A stretch of DNA of 64,000 bases from Planctomycetota bacterium (GCA_009691765.1 SIAO01000002.1:467-64466); one strand, 5' to 3'. Counted from the stretch's first letter, positions 18,176 to 28,659 are shown. Made by a program: numbers and translations. The notes: generated from the letters alone by a model not told the origin.

Positions 18176-19696
18176 ATGAGCGCGGCGCCAGACAATTCGG
18201 AAAGTGCATGGCCTTTCGCCATCCTTGGCGCTGCGGCTTTCGTGCTGGCGATGCTGTTCATGCCGTGGAACGCCGACGGTTGTTTCGCAGTGAACGATGC
18301 GCTCTGGTACGCACATGGCGCGGAGCATGATGGCCTCGCGAGCATCAGTGGGCATCACCCGTTGTTTCACGTGCTGCTGTTGCCCATCACTCTCGCGCTC
18401 GACGCTGTCGGCGTTGCTCATCCCGGACACTGGGCGCTCAGAATTGTCAGCGGCGCAGCACTTGCCGGAATCGTGCTTCTCCTCGGCAGGTTGGCTGGCT
18501 GGAGACGCGCCGCATTGGCCTTGCCGTTGATGCTCGTGGCCACGCGCGCTGTGCTGCTCGAATCGGCTGTTGGTGAAACGGTGGTGCCAGCAGCAGCGTT
18601 GGCGCTGTGGGCACTGATCGTTGCAGCAGACCGAGGAACATCGATGGCGCGCGCCGGTGTCATCGCCACACTCGCCCTGCTACTGCGCCAAGACAACATC
18701 TTGATCGTGCCCGGCTTGCTCTTCGCCCTTGGTGCACGGCTTCCGGCTGAAGCACGCATCAAGCAACTCACGCTCTGGCTGTTGCTCACGGGCGTATTCA
18801 CTATCTTCGGTTACGCAGTCTGCTGGAAACTCTCTGGCGTCACAGAACTGCGTTCGTTCTTGATGTCCACCGCAGAAACGGCCTCACGCACATGGGCGCC
18901 TGAATACTGGCCTGGATTGAACGAACTGGTCATGCGCAGCGTTGCTCTGGGCGTCGCCGTGACCGGAGTGCAAGTCGATTTCCGCGCTTTCGCGCTCAAC
19001 CTCGGCATTGGCGCTGCATTTTTCGCGGTGCTCTTGGCCGCAGCGAAGTTGGCTCGTGGCTCAATAGTGCTGCATGCAGGCTTGCTGTTCGGATCACTCC
19101 TCATCGCCGCAACGCGTTTCTGCTTTTACCTCTGGTTCGAACCACACAACTTCGAATGGTGGATCGTTGAGCTCGTGCTCGCAACGGCGCTGTGCGCAGC
19201 GACCATGCGTGGCACTCCTCGCACAACTCCGTTTCGTTCGCGTATAGCCATCTTGCTCTTGATTGCAGCCGCTACCTGTACATTTTGGGTGCATAAGAGC
19301 ACCACGCTTGCACTGCGCGACACCACTTTGCATGACGCAGCAGCGCAAGCTGAACTCTGGAGCCAAGCTCCGGAGCAGCCGCTCGTGGTTACCCACGGAT
19401 TTCGTACTCATACCGCGCTGCACTTGCGCCAGATCCATCACGATCCCTTCCTGCTCTTGACCGCACCAATCGCAGAAGTGGCTGCCCCGCTTCTTACCGA
19501 ATACATCACGCGAGCCAACAAGCCTGTGGTGCTGTTAATCGATCGCTTCGTTGGCGATGGACATCCGGCGCAGGCGCTCACCGGCCACGACTCACTCTCC
19601 ATCTGGATAGACCAAGTAGAAGAAGTCCCACCGCTCCGCATCTGGCGCCAGCGCGGCAAGGCGCAAGTGCTCTGGCTCCCTCCTAAGCCACGCTGA
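18176..19696 (+). CDS. polytopic membrane protein with a C-terminal soluble domain (possible GT-C-type glycosyltransferase)
   Basis: About 11 hydrophobic segments followed by a ~130-aa hydrophilic tail ending 'VLWLPPKPR'. Same architecture as 54226..55698. No diagnostic catalytic motif recognised. Confidence 0.65.
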   Translation: MSAAPDNSESAWPFAILGAAAFVLAMLFMPWNADGCFAVNDALWYAHGAEHDGLASISGHHPLFHVLLLPITLALDAVGVAHPGHWALRIVSGAALAGIVLLLGRLAGWRRAALALPLMLVATRAVLLESAVGETVVPAAALALWALIVAADRGTSMARAGVIATLALLLRQDNILIVPGLLFALGARLPAEARIKQLTLWLLLTGVFTIFGYAVCWKLSGVTELRSFLMSTAETASRTWAPEYWPGLNELVMRSVALGVAVTGVQVDFRAFALNLGIGAAFFAVLLAAAKLARGSIVLHAGLLFGSLLIAATRFCFYLWFEPHNFEWWIVELVLATALCAATMRGTPRTTPFRSRIAILLLIAAATCTFWVHKSTTLALRDTTLHDAAAQAELWSQAPEQPLVVTHGFRTHTALHLRQIHHDPFLLLTAPIAEVAAPLLTEYITRANKPVVLLIDRFVGDGHPAQALTGHDSLSIWIDQVEEVPPLRIWRQRGKAQVLWLPPKPR

Positions 19697-19839
19697 TTCA
19701 GACGCTATTGCAAATTGATGGTGCGGCTCTCTGCTGAGAGCAGTGGCTCCGCAAATCAGTGCACAAATAGCGTGCCGTGACAGACTCCAAGACCGGATTT
19801 GCCGAGAGCTCGCGCACCACAACTTGTTTGCGCGGGGTG

Positions 19840-20181
19840 GGTTGGAGCTAATTACAGCTATTCCTTGCTCCTAACAGCCCGTTGAAAAAATGCGGCGCGG
19901 TGTGAAGTGAATCAATGTGTGAAGCTTTCTTCTTACGACCGCACGGTTGAGGAGAAAGCGCAATGTCGATGGGACGCATGGGGCAGCATCAAGGAGAGTT
20001 CTGGATCGCGACGGACGCGATCAAGACCCCTGGTCATCCGTTCTTCAGGAAACTCAATGACGTCATCATGAAACACCACTTTGACGAGCGTGTGGAGGAG
20101 CTCTGCCGCCCGCACTACGCGGCATCTTCTGGTCGCCCGTCGATTCCACCCGGCCGCTACTTCCGCATGCTGATGATCGGC
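19840..20181 (+). mobile_element. remnant of an IS5/IS1182-type insertion sequence (left end plus the first ~73 transposase codons)
   Basis: 'MGQHQGEFW..TPGHPFFRKLNDV....FDERVEELCRPHYAASSGRPSIPPGRYFRMLMIG' matches the DUF772/InsH N-terminal domain of IS5/IS1182 transposases. The expected 'YFEGI.SERG' continuation and the DDE domain are missing. A locally AT-richer stretch at 19840-19960 precedes it. The left boundary is approximate. Confidence 0.65.
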
Positions 20182-21171
20182 GACTTCGATGGTGACGGCA
20201 ATATTGATCTTGCCATCCAGCGCTTCTTCACTCTCGGAGCGCCTGCGACGACGAATGTTCTCTGGGGTAATGGTGCCTGACAGTTTACCGCGCCGAGCAC
20301 TGCTTCGACTCCAGGATTCACCATGATCCCGGGGCGGAGAATCGTGGGTGCTGCCGACATGGACGGGGACAGCATCACTGATCTGATCAGCAGCGTGCCC
20401 ACTACCGCCGGGAGTGTGGCCACCGAACTGCTGCAGGTGTATCTCGGCAGCACGACGCGCTCCATGACTCCTGCTGGAACTTTCGTGGTTCCCTCCACGG
20501 TCAACATAAATCTCGCGACAGTTCATGCCGGAGATTTCAATCTGGATGGCTGGAGGGATGTGCTGTACACATCCACATTCACAAACACCAACGCATTCTG
20601 CGACTTCAATGTGGCTATGATCCTCGGGCTTCCCGGCGGGCAACTTCACCCGGCCGGCATGGATACAACCCACAGTTTGAATAATTCGGGAGTCTGTCCT
20701 TTGTTTACCGTCGCCGATTTCGACGGAGATGGAGATCTGGACCTGGTAGGCACGCCCCGCGCGTGCCCCTTCTACTATTTCAACAATCGGGCGTTGCTCG
20801 GGACAGGTTGCAGTGGCAGCGGTGCTGCGACCCCGGGCCTGTGGTATTCGAATGCCCTGATTGGCAACTCTCAATTTGCCACGAGCATTTCTGGCGCCTT
20901 GAACAATACTCACGCGGTGCTCGTAATTTCTTTGGGCCTCTGCACCAGCCCACTGAACACCTGCGGGGTATATCTGGATCTATCCGGTCCTGTGGTCTTT
21001 CTGCCCGGCGTCACGGACGCCTATGGCGGCATCACCTACCAGCTGCCGCTTCCCAACAATCCGCTGCTGCACGGCGCATCTTTCCATGCGCAGGCGGCCG
21101 TATTCTGCACCCTGCTTGCCGCTATTCGCCTCCGGATGCCCTTCTGGCCGACGATCAGCCGGAAATCATGA
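19963..21171 (+). pseudogene. decayed FG-GAP/VCBS repeat protein gene (transposase fusion, in-frame TGA, C-terminal frameshift)
   Basis: Transposase N-terminus joins 'DFDGDGNIDLAI' at ~20182. An in-frame TGA at 20278-80 gives '..VLWGNGA*QFTAPSTAS..MIPGRRIVGAADMDGDSITDL'. After '..GASFHAQAAV' (~21105) the family-typical ending '..SNAEWRAIC' appears only in another frame. Confidence 0.6.
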
Positions 21172-21360
21172 GCAACGCGGAATGGAGAGCGATCTGCTGC
21201 GGCCTTGCTCAATCACCCCGCCTCACATCTGCAACCCCCATTCTTCAACAGGCTGCTAATGCCAAGGCGCAAATTGGCCGTTGCCACGCGGGAAAGCGTT
21301 ACCGAAACTCGCACTTGTTACCAAAAGGTAACACTCTTGCGGACTGCGCGGTCAGCGAAA

Positions 21361-24300
21361 CTATCCGTTGACTGCATCGTTCTTGAGCAACGCGATGACA
21401 CCGGCGGTGAGCTTTTCAAGCACACCATTTTGGCGCAAACGCAGATTAAGGTGAACGAAATCCACCTTGTCGAGACATTGGTCTTGGTCGAAGCAAGAGA
21501 ACACGAAACTCTCTTTGCCCGTGACAGGATCCACGTGACGCTGGAGGCACTGCGCGCAAACCTCTTTCATCATGCACTGCATTGGTGAATTGATGGAGCC
21601 AATAGCGGCGTGCGTTCCGAGGAATGGCCGGAGCTTTGTCTCATCGCGCCTTGCAGCACCCACGGCAGCCATCATGCGGTCAGAGCCAATCACGATGAAT
21701 CGCGTGGCTTCACGCAGCGGGAATACCCCGGGCCCGTGCTCACCCCGCGCATAGCGGAGCATGGACTCGACGATGTTGCCCCGAAAGTGCGCATCTTGCG
21801 TGCGGCGCGGCGCAATGGCGTCGCCACTGTCTGTGCTCCAAATCACTTGATCGGTTCCGGCTTCCACTTCGTCGCGTTTGAATAAGTCGGCGCCATTCTT
21901 GTATCCAGCGAAATAGAGCACGCTACAACCATTGTCTTTGAGCGCGCGCGCAATGCTGAAGAGCACCGCGTTGCCGAGCCCGCCACCACAGAGCACGACC
22001 TTCTCGCCCTTCGGAATCGTGGTGGGAGTGCCCGTGGGCCCCATACACACGACTGGCTGTCCCGGCTGCAAGAGCTCGCACAAACTGGACGAACCACCCA
22101 TTTCCAAAATGATGAGCGAGAGCAATCCGCGCTCGCGGTCAACCCATGCACCCGTGAGCGCCAAGCCTTCCATGCTCATGCGCAGGCCGCGGTGCAATGG
22201 CGCGGTGGCTTCGAAATCCTGCAAACGGAAAAACTGCCCCGGCAGAAAACGCCTCGCTGCCATGGGCGCTTTGATCACCACTTCGACAATCGTTGGCGTC
22301 AGCCGCTCCACGCGCACAACTTCCGCTTGGAACTGCTGGCTCAAACTGGCGAGGTCGCGCTGCCATGCAGCATCGCGCTGCGCTTGCTGCGCCACATCAG
22401 GTTGCAGAACTTCCTGTGGAAACAGCGCCACGACATGCGGATATCCCTTGCGCGCGGAGGCCATCGCCTTCACCACATTCCCATTCCACGTGGGGTGGTT
22501 GTCGCCGTAATAGCTGACACTCATCCCGTCCTTCATGTACGAGGTGAAGAAAGCGTCGCGACTCTTGTCGGGCACCAACTGTGCGTTCGCACCTGAACCC
22601 TCGATGCGGTGTGCGCGGAAGAACTTGCCATCAAAACTGAACGAACCCGGATGCTCGCGCTCGTAGATAGTGTTCGGGCTGGTGCCCGCAGCAATCATCA
22701 AGGCGCGGCAGGGCAACTCGATGTCACCCGCAGGCGAAGTGAGCTTGAGGAACTGAATGCGGCCACCTGCATCGGAAACGACTTCTTGCGGCGAGACATT
22801 TTCGATGAAGCGCACGCCTTCTTCGAGAGCCTTCACCACTTCTTCGTGATTCAAACGGTACGCCGGAGCATCCTGCACGCTCTTGCGGTAGGCAATGGAG
22901 ACTCCACCCCATGCGCGCACGAGTTCTGAGAGCTTTGGCGGCCGCGCTTCATTTTGCGCTGCCTCGCGTTCGGCGCGCACAGCACGACCGTGCGCCATGA
23001 ATGTTTCCCAAGTGGCGCGCTCTTCAGGGTTCAGCGCAGCCAGATAAGCATCCAGGCGCCCTTCCGTTTGCAACAGTTCGCTGCGTTGCAATACGCGCTC
23101 AACTTGAATGGGGTAATAGGCCATCAACTCAGTCGCTGTGTCGATGGCGGTCAATCCCCCGCCAACGACAATGCCGGGCAATTCCACCTGCAAATTAGCG
23201 AGGCTCGAGTGCTTCGCGGCTCCAGTAAGTTGCAACGCCATCAAGAAGTCGCTGGCTTGGCGCACTCCGCGCACCAAGTTGTTCTTCATGTCAACGATGG
23301 TGGGCTTGCCGGCGCCAGTCGCAATCGCAACATGCGCGAAACCAAGCTCACGCGCATCATCCAGCGTGAGCGTGCCACCAAAGCGGATGCCACCAAACAT
23401 GGCGAGATTGCGTTTGCGCGCAAGGCTCAAGTGCAGCAAGCGCAAAAAGTTCTTGTCCCAGCGCACCGTGATGCCGTATTCGCTCACGCCACCGAAACCT
23501 GAAAGCACGCGCTGATCCAAAGGCTGCGCGAACGAATGCCAGTCCTTCACGGCACGCTGCTCGGGCCCCACAAGATCCGCGGGCAACGGCTCGATCTTCA
23601 ATCCGTCGATGGCCACGATGCCGAAGCCTTCGCCACTCAAGTAATGAGCAAGCGTGTAGCCCGCGGGCCCGAGGCCGACCACCAACACCTTCACTCCGTT
23701 GTAGGGCAACTGATACGGACGGCGTAGATTCAACGGGTTCCAACGCGTCAGCAACGCATAGAGCTCGGCGCCGAAGGGCAATGCGAGCACGGCGCTCAAG
23801 ATGCCCGTTTCAATCTGCGGAATATTCACAGGGTCCTGCTTTTGAAAAATGCAGGCCTTCATGCAGTCGTTGCAGATGCGGTGCCCTGTGCCCGGACACA
23901 TCGGATTATTGATCATCACAGCCGCGAGCGCCGCGATGGAATGTCCGCCCTGCTGCAATTCGTGCGCTTCCGAAATGTGCTCTTCCAACGGACAACCATC
24001 CAACTCCACACCGAGAGGGTTCTTCTTCGCCTTGCCTTCCTTGTCGCGCAAACCCGTCGCACACGAATCACGCTTTTGATGGTGGCAAAAGATGCAGATG
24101 TCCACCTGCGCGGCCACCTCGTGCGGGTTCATCCGCGTATCGGTGAGATCGAAGCCTGGGCGCTCGCGCCTCGTTCCCGCAGGCCCTTCAAAGCAAGTCG
24201 GCAACTCTGCAACCGAGCGCACATGCGGCACCAGTGCCGCATGATCCATGTGATGCTGTTGCTCGAACAGCACCCAACCGTGGCACGTTGCTGGCCGAAC

Positions 24301-24978
24301 GACACTTGCCGCGCAGAAAATCATGAGCTCGCCGAGCAATGCTTGCAGTGGAGCATCGAGGTCCGCAACCACACTGGACGCAGCGAAGGCAGGCCACTCT
24401 TGCGCGAGCGCACCACGCACCGTTTCGCCCGCGGCACTCAGTTCCGCACCAACCTTAATTTCCTTTTCAAGCACGAGCAGCGCCAACACGGCGCGACTGA
24501 AACTCAGTTCCTCATGCTCTCCGACGGCTGGACTGCCACAAACGCGAGCAACGCGCGACGCGACCGCACGCACCTCCGTGATGTCTGCGGGGATTTCTGC
24601 GGCAGCAACTTTCTTCAGCGCGCGGCGCTTCACGAACTCGCGGCGAACTTCGAAGACGGGTTCGAGCGCAACAGCGAGGTCCGTCAAGAGCGTGCACGAA
24701 CCTTCGGCGCCAAACAGCGCGGCGAGAAAGCGCCCTACATGTGGCCCGAGAGCCGCAATGGTCCAAGATTCTTCTTCGCGCGACGGCGCTCCTGCGCGCA
24801 AGAGTTCCGAGTAACGCAAACCCAGCACAGGGTCGCGCCGCTTCAAGTCTTCGCAGAACAGAGCATGAAGGCGTGCGAGGGCTTGCGGATCAAAGAGGTC
24901 GGCGTGTGACCAACCTGAAATTCCGAGGTTGAGATCGCTGGTGCCAGGGGTCGCGCGCGCGGATTCGTGGCGGCTCAT
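21361..24978 (-). CDS. 1205-aa multidomain flavin/Fe-S oxidoreductase (GltD-like FAD/NAD(P) module + PyrK-like reductase module)
   Basis: Cys cluster 'CIFCHHQKRDSC..GCPLEE..CPGTGHRICNDCMKAC'. Dinucleotide folds 'KVLVVGLGPAGYTLAHYL' and 'IVVGGGLTAIDTATE'. C-terminal 'RRFLPGQFFRLQ', 'VVLCGGGLGNAVLFS' and 2Fe-2S-like 'MQCMMKEVCAQCLQ'. Confidence 0.85.
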   Translation of the reverse strand: MSRHESARATPGTSDLNLGISGWSHADLFDPQALARLHALFCEDLKRRDPVLGLRYSELLRAGAPSREEESWTIAALGPHVGRFLAALFGAEGSCTLLTDLAVALEPVFEVRREFVKRRALKKVAAAEIPADITEVRAVASRVARVCGSPAVGEHEELSFSRAVLALLVLEKEIKVGAELSAAGETVRGALAQEWPAFAASSVVADLDAPLQALLGELMIFCAASVVRPATCHGWVLFEQQHHMDHAALVPHVRSVAELPTCFEGPAGTRRERPGFDLTDTRMNPHEVAAQVDICIFCHHQKRDSCATGLRDKEGKAKKNPLGVELDGCPLEEHISEAHELQQGGHSIAALAAVMINNPMCPGTGHRICNDCMKACIFQKQDPVNIPQIETGILSAVLALPFGAELYALLTRWNPLNLRRPYQLPYNGVKVLVVGLGPAGYTLAHYLSGEGFGIVAIDGLKIEPLPADLVGPEQRAVKDWHSFAQPLDQRVLSGFGGVSEYGITVRWDKNFLRLLHLSLARKRNLAMFGGIRFGGTLTLDDARELGFAHVAIATGAGKPTIVDMKNNLVRGVRQASDFLMALQLTGAAKHSSLANLQVELPGIVVGGGLTAIDTATELMAYYPIQVERVLQRSELLQTEGRLDAYLAALNPEERATWETFMAHGRAVRAEREAAQNEARPPKLSELVRAWGGVSIAYRKSVQDAPAYRLNHEEVVKALEEGVRFIENVSPQEVVSDAGGRIQFLKLTSPAGDIELPCRALMIAAGTSPNTIYEREHPGSFSFDGKFFRAHRIEGSGANAQLVPDKSRDAFFTSYMKDGMSVSYYGDNHPTWNGNVVKAMASARKGYPHVVALFPQEVLQPDVAQQAQRDAAWQRDLASLSQQFQAEVVRVERLTPTIVEVVIKAPMAARRFLPGQFFRLQDFEATAPLHRGLRMSMEGLALTGAWVDRERGLLSLIILEMGGSSSLCELLQPGQPVVCMGPTGTPTTIPKGEKVVLCGGGLGNAVLFSIARALKDNGCSVLYFAGYKNGADLFKRDEVEAGTDQVIWSTDSGDAIAPRRTQDAHFRGNIVESMLRYARGEHGPGVFPLREATRFIVIGSDRMMAAVGAARRDETKLRPFLGTHAAIGSINSPMQCMMKEVCAQCLQRHVDPVTGKESFVFSCFDQDQCLDKVDFVHLNLRLRQNGVLEKLTAGVIALLKNDAVNG

Positions 24979-25106
24979 GCGGAAGTCCTCTCCTGTTGCG
25001 AAGTGCGCGGGAGCCTACCAACTGGGAGTGCTGTTGAACTTGCACTGGCAACGCTCTAAAGCGCCAAGCTGTGCCGCACTTGCATCCCTCTGGCTATGCT
25101 TACTGC

Positions 25107-25442
25107 ATGGAAGCGCGAAAACACATCTCTGACGCGACGGGCTCGCGCGCCGACAAGCCCTACAAGGCCACGCTCTTCGACGGCAAGACACTGTTCCTCG
25201 GTGTCAACACGCTTGAGCCCGGACAAGTCCAAACGCCGCACAGCCACTCGACGCAAGACAAGTTCTTCTTTGTGCACCGTGGCTCTGGTCACTTCAGCGT
25301 CGAGCAACAGAGTTTCGAAGCGCACGCTGGAGATGTGGTGTTCATGCCAGCGGGCTCAGTGCACGGCGTTGAGAATCGCAGCAAAGAACTCTTGGTGTTG
25401 CTGATGGGCATCGCGCCATCGCAAGCCGGGCACCATCACTAG
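25107..25442 (+). CDS. cupin-domain protein
   Basis: Cupin motifs 'GQVQTPHSHSTQDKFFFVHRGSG' and 'PAGSVHGVEN'. ATG 25107 (MEARKH..); the ORF is open to 25071. Confidence 0.75.
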   Translation: MEARKHISDATGSRADKPYKATLFDGKTLFLGVNTLEPGQVQTPHSHSTQDKFFFVHRGSGHFSVEQQSFEAHAGDVVFMPAGSVHGVENRSKELLVLLMGIAPSQAGHHH

Positions 25443-25484
25443 GCCCGACTTGCACTGAGCACGTCAATCGTTCGCCGTCCGCCT

Positions 25485-27395
25485 TCAGGGGCAGATCACC
25501 AACTCCAAGCCGTTGCTGAGGTACACCGCACCTGCGACGACTTGCAGCACTTGCAGATCCAAACGCAACCCAGCAAGTGAGGGACCCGCAGGCAACCCCA
25601 CTGACAAGCCGCCGACACCCGCGCCATCGAAGAACGCTGGCAGCGTGTCGAGAATCGTCAGTGGATCGATCAAGACAGTGCCAGTGAAATACGGCAACGC
25701 GGCGCGCTCCGTAGCGAGTGCCATCAACCCAGCATCAAACGGGAAGCCTGTCCATGTCAGATTCAATTGCTGGCCAGCAGCCGCACCCGTTCCGCTCAAA
25801 CTCAGGGCATTCACGCCGCCCACTTGTCCACCCGGGCCATAGGCTTCTGCGCCACAGACATTGAACACGCGTGGCGTTGTGGTGAGCACATTGCCAGCAT
25901 GATCGGTCGCGACCACGGACCAAGTCACGGTAGATCCCATGAGCACCACTCCCGGCGGAACAGGCAGGGTTGCATTCCAGAGGAAGCCGCCCATCCATGT
26001 CATCGGCACACTGAACGCCGTGGTGCCTGAGCGATGCGCATAGCTGCCACTGAGCAACACTTGGCGCACCGTGGTTTCACCGTCGTCCACGGCTGAGTCG
26101 TGCAACACGATTTGTACCAGCCGTGAATCGCCGACGCTGCGCACGCCTTCAGGGCCGCGCATGCGCACCACGCGCGGCGAGCGCGTGTCTAACACAGAGC
26201 CGAGATAAAGCCGATTCAAGAAATTCCCCGACTCCCCTTGCGCGGTCACCATGTCCAGCTTGCCGTCGTTGTTGATGTCGGCACAGGCCACATCGAGCGT
26301 GGGATCTCCGAGCATCGAAAAGCCTGTTGTACTGCTGGCAAAGCTAAAGGCGCCGTTGTTCACGTAGAGACGCTCCTGCGCAGCCGTCAATGAACCGATG
26401 ACAATGTCCAGATCGCCGTCGTTGTCAGAATCCGCGTAGACAAACTCGTTGTCATCGAAGCCGTTCGTGCCCGTGAAGTAGGACGACAACCCCGTGAAGC
26501 TGAGCGTGCCGCTCGGAATGAGGTTGTTGCGCACCACCGCATCCGTGAAGCCTGATGTCGACAGGTAGCAAAGGTCTAAATCACCGTCGCCATCGAGGTC
26601 GGCCACATCGGTTTCGTAGGTGAGCGTGGTGCCGGCCGGCAACAACGTGTTGTTCATCGTGTAGTGGCCGGTGCCGTCGTTGAAGAAGATCTGCTGACCC
26701 GCGCTCTTGCCGCTGTTCACCACATCCAAGTCCCAGTCGTTGTCGATGTCGCAAACCACAATGTCTTGCTGATTGCTTTTGGGCGCCACAGGCAAGTGTG
26801 TTGCGGTCACATTGCTAAAGAATCCGAGGCCATTGTTCAACACCAATTTCAACTGGCCGTTCGTCGCGCCATCATTGAAAAAGAGATCGAGATCGCCATC
26901 CTGCTCAACATCGCCGGCTACCACGCAGTTGGCCACGATGCTCAATCCCGGCAAGCGTGCCGCGGAAGCATCGGTAAAAACTCCGGCGCCGTTGTTCAGA
27001 TACAGCCGCTGTTGGCTCGGCCCGTTGCAAGCGAACACCAAATCAAGATCGCCGTCGCGGTCCAGATCCGCCGCAATCACCTGCGTCGCTTTGAGCGTGA
27101 TGGCAGGCAATCGTGCCGCGCTCTCATCCACGAACCCAAGGCTCAGATTGAACTTGTTGATGAGCAGCGTTGGCAATAGCGCCGCAGTGCCAGCAGTGCT
27201 CAAGGCATAGCCGTTCGCAAACACCACATCGTGATCACCATCACCGTCGAGATCAGCGGTGATGCAGCCTTCGGTCATCACCACGGGTCCCGGCACCGCA
27301 CCCACTTGGTGTGTCCAAGTGATTTGCGCGCAGGCAAACGTGGAAAAAACAAGAACTATGGCGGCGCTGAGCGCCGCGTGATTCGGGAACTGCAT
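25485..27395 (-). CDS. secreted FG-GAP/VCBS repeat protein with the shared C-terminal module
   Basis: Start ATG 27395 with signal 'AAIVLVFSTFACAQ'. At least 7 Ca-loop repeats ('ADLDGDGDHDVVF', 'ADLDRDGDLDLVF', 'GDVEQDGDLDLFF', 'CDIDNDWDLDVV', 'ADLDGDGDLDLCY', 'ADSDNDGDLDIVI', 'ADINNDGKLDMV'). Tail '..LDLQVLQVVAGAVYLSNGLELVICP'. Confidence 0.85.
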   Translation of the reverse strand: MQFPNHAALSAAIVLVFSTFACAQITWTHQVGAVPGPVVMTEGCITADLDGDGDHDVVFANGYALSTAGTAALLPTLLINKFNLSLGFVDESAARLPAITLKATQVIAADLDRDGDLDLVFACNGPSQQRLYLNNGAGVFTDASAARLPGLSIVANCVVAGDVEQDGDLDLFFNDGATNGQLKLVLNNGLGFFSNVTATHLPVAPKSNQQDIVVCDIDNDWDLDVVNSGKSAGQQIFFNDGTGHYTMNNTLLPAGTTLTYETDVADLDGDGDLDLCYLSTSGFTDAVVRNNLIPSGTLSFTGLSSYFTGTNGFDDNEFVYADSDNDGDLDIVIGSLTAAQERLYVNNGAFSFASSTTGFSMLGDPTLDVACADINNDGKLDMVTAQGESGNFLNRLYLGSVLDTRSPRVVRMRGPEGVRSVGDSRLVQIVLHDSAVDDGETTVRQVLLSGSYAHRSGTTAFSVPMTWMGGFLWNATLPVPPGVVLMGSTVTWSVVATDHAGNVLTTTPRVFNVCGAEAYGPGGQVGGVNALSLSGTGAAAGQQLNLTWTGFPFDAGLMALATERAALPYFTGTVLIDPLTILDTLPAFFDGAGVGGLSVGLPAGPSLAGLRLDLQVLQVVAGAVYLSNGLELVICP

Positions 27396-27474
27396 GTTTG
27401 GCTCCTGCTGCGGTATTGAGACACAGGATTCTACGCTGCTGCAGGGGGCCTCGGGGAAGCAGAGTTGGCGAAGA

Positions 27475-28614
27475 TCAGCGAGGCGCCAAGGCCTGCTCGA
27501 GATCACTCAGCAAGTCGGCCGTGTCCTCGACACCCAAAGCCAGTCGCACTAAGTCTTTGGGCGTGGTGCTCTGCGGCCCTTCGACGCGGAAGCGATGTTC
27601 CGCAAGTGAGTGGACGCCACCAAAACTCGTGGCGCGCGTGAACAAGTGCAAACGGCTCATGAACTGCGCAGCCCCCGTTTCGCCGCCCTTCAAGCGCAAT
27701 GAGACCACCGAACCACCGCCGCGCATTTGCTTCAACGCCGTACTGCACTGCGGGTGAGAAGGCAGCAGCGGCCACAGCACTTCGACCACATCCTTGGAAG
27801 CCGCAAGCATGTGCGCCACAGCGCTCGCATTCGCTTCCTGGGCGCGGATCCGCAAGGCAGCGGTCGCGAGTCCGCGCAACAACAGCCAGCAATCGAACGG
27901 CGACGGAGCCGCTCCGCCCAGTTCGCATTGCGTCGTTGCTGCATGGGCCAACGCGCTCGTGCTGTCAGCAAAAAACAGTGCGCCCAGCGTGAGATCAGAG
28001 TGGCCTCCAAGCGCTTTCGTTGCGGCATGCAACACTGCGTCGGCACCGAGCTTCAACGGCGATTGCAACAAGGGCGTCGCGATCGTGCTATCGACCACGA
28101 GCACGGCACCTTGAGCGTGGGCCAACTGCGCCAGCAGCGCAATGTCGGCCACTCGCAACATCGGGTTCGTCGGCGTCTCGCACCAGACCATCGCCGTCTT
28201 CGCCGCGAGCGCGGCTCGTGCGGCCTGCGCGTCGGACAAGTCAGCACACACCACGACAACTCCAGCGCTCTCAATCTCGCGAAACAGCTTCATCACGCCG
28301 TAATACGTGCCCTGCTCCACCACGACGCGATCACCCGAACGCAAAACACGCAACAACGCAGCCGTAGCCGCGAGGCCGGAAGAAAAAGTCAAAGCCAAAC
28401 TCGCGCCAGCTTCCAGCGCCAAAAGAGTCCGGTCCAAGGCAGCGCGGTTGGGATTGCCACCGCGGGCATAGAGATGCGGGCCGAGCAACTCGCCGTCAGC
28501 GTCGCGCGAGAATGTCGTGGACAAGTGCAATCCAGGCGCCACTTCGCCGGCTTGGCGCGGTTGCTCCCCTGCATGCACTGCGCGCGTTGAAAAACCCCAT
28601 GTGGCATCGCTCAT
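27475..28614 (-). CDS. Cys/Met-metabolism PLP enzyme (cystathionine gamma-synthase/beta-lyase family)
   Basis: 'STRAVHAGE' N-terminus and PLP-lysine block 'HAATKALGGHSD'; 379 aa. Confidence 0.9.
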   Translation of the reverse strand: MSDATWGFSTRAVHAGEQPRQAGEVAPGLHLSTTFSRDADGELLGPHLYARGGNPNRAALDRTLLALEAGASLALTFSSGLAATAALLRVLRSGDRVVVEQGTYYGVMKLFREIESAGVVVVCADLSDAQAARAALAAKTAMVWCETPTNPMLRVADIALLAQLAHAQGAVLVVDSTIATPLLQSPLKLGADAVLHAATKALGGHSDLTLGALFFADSTSALAHAATTQCELGGAAPSPFDCWLLLRGLATAALRIRAQEANASAVAHMLAASKDVVEVLWPLLPSHPQCSTALKQMRGGGSVVSLRLKGGETGAAQFMSRLHLFTRATSFGGVHSLAEHRFRVEGPQSTTPKDLVRLALGVEDTADLLSDLEQALAPR

Positions 28615-28659
28615 GAGTTCGAATCCTACGGCACAGCCGATTGTGCGTTCAGCGAAGTC

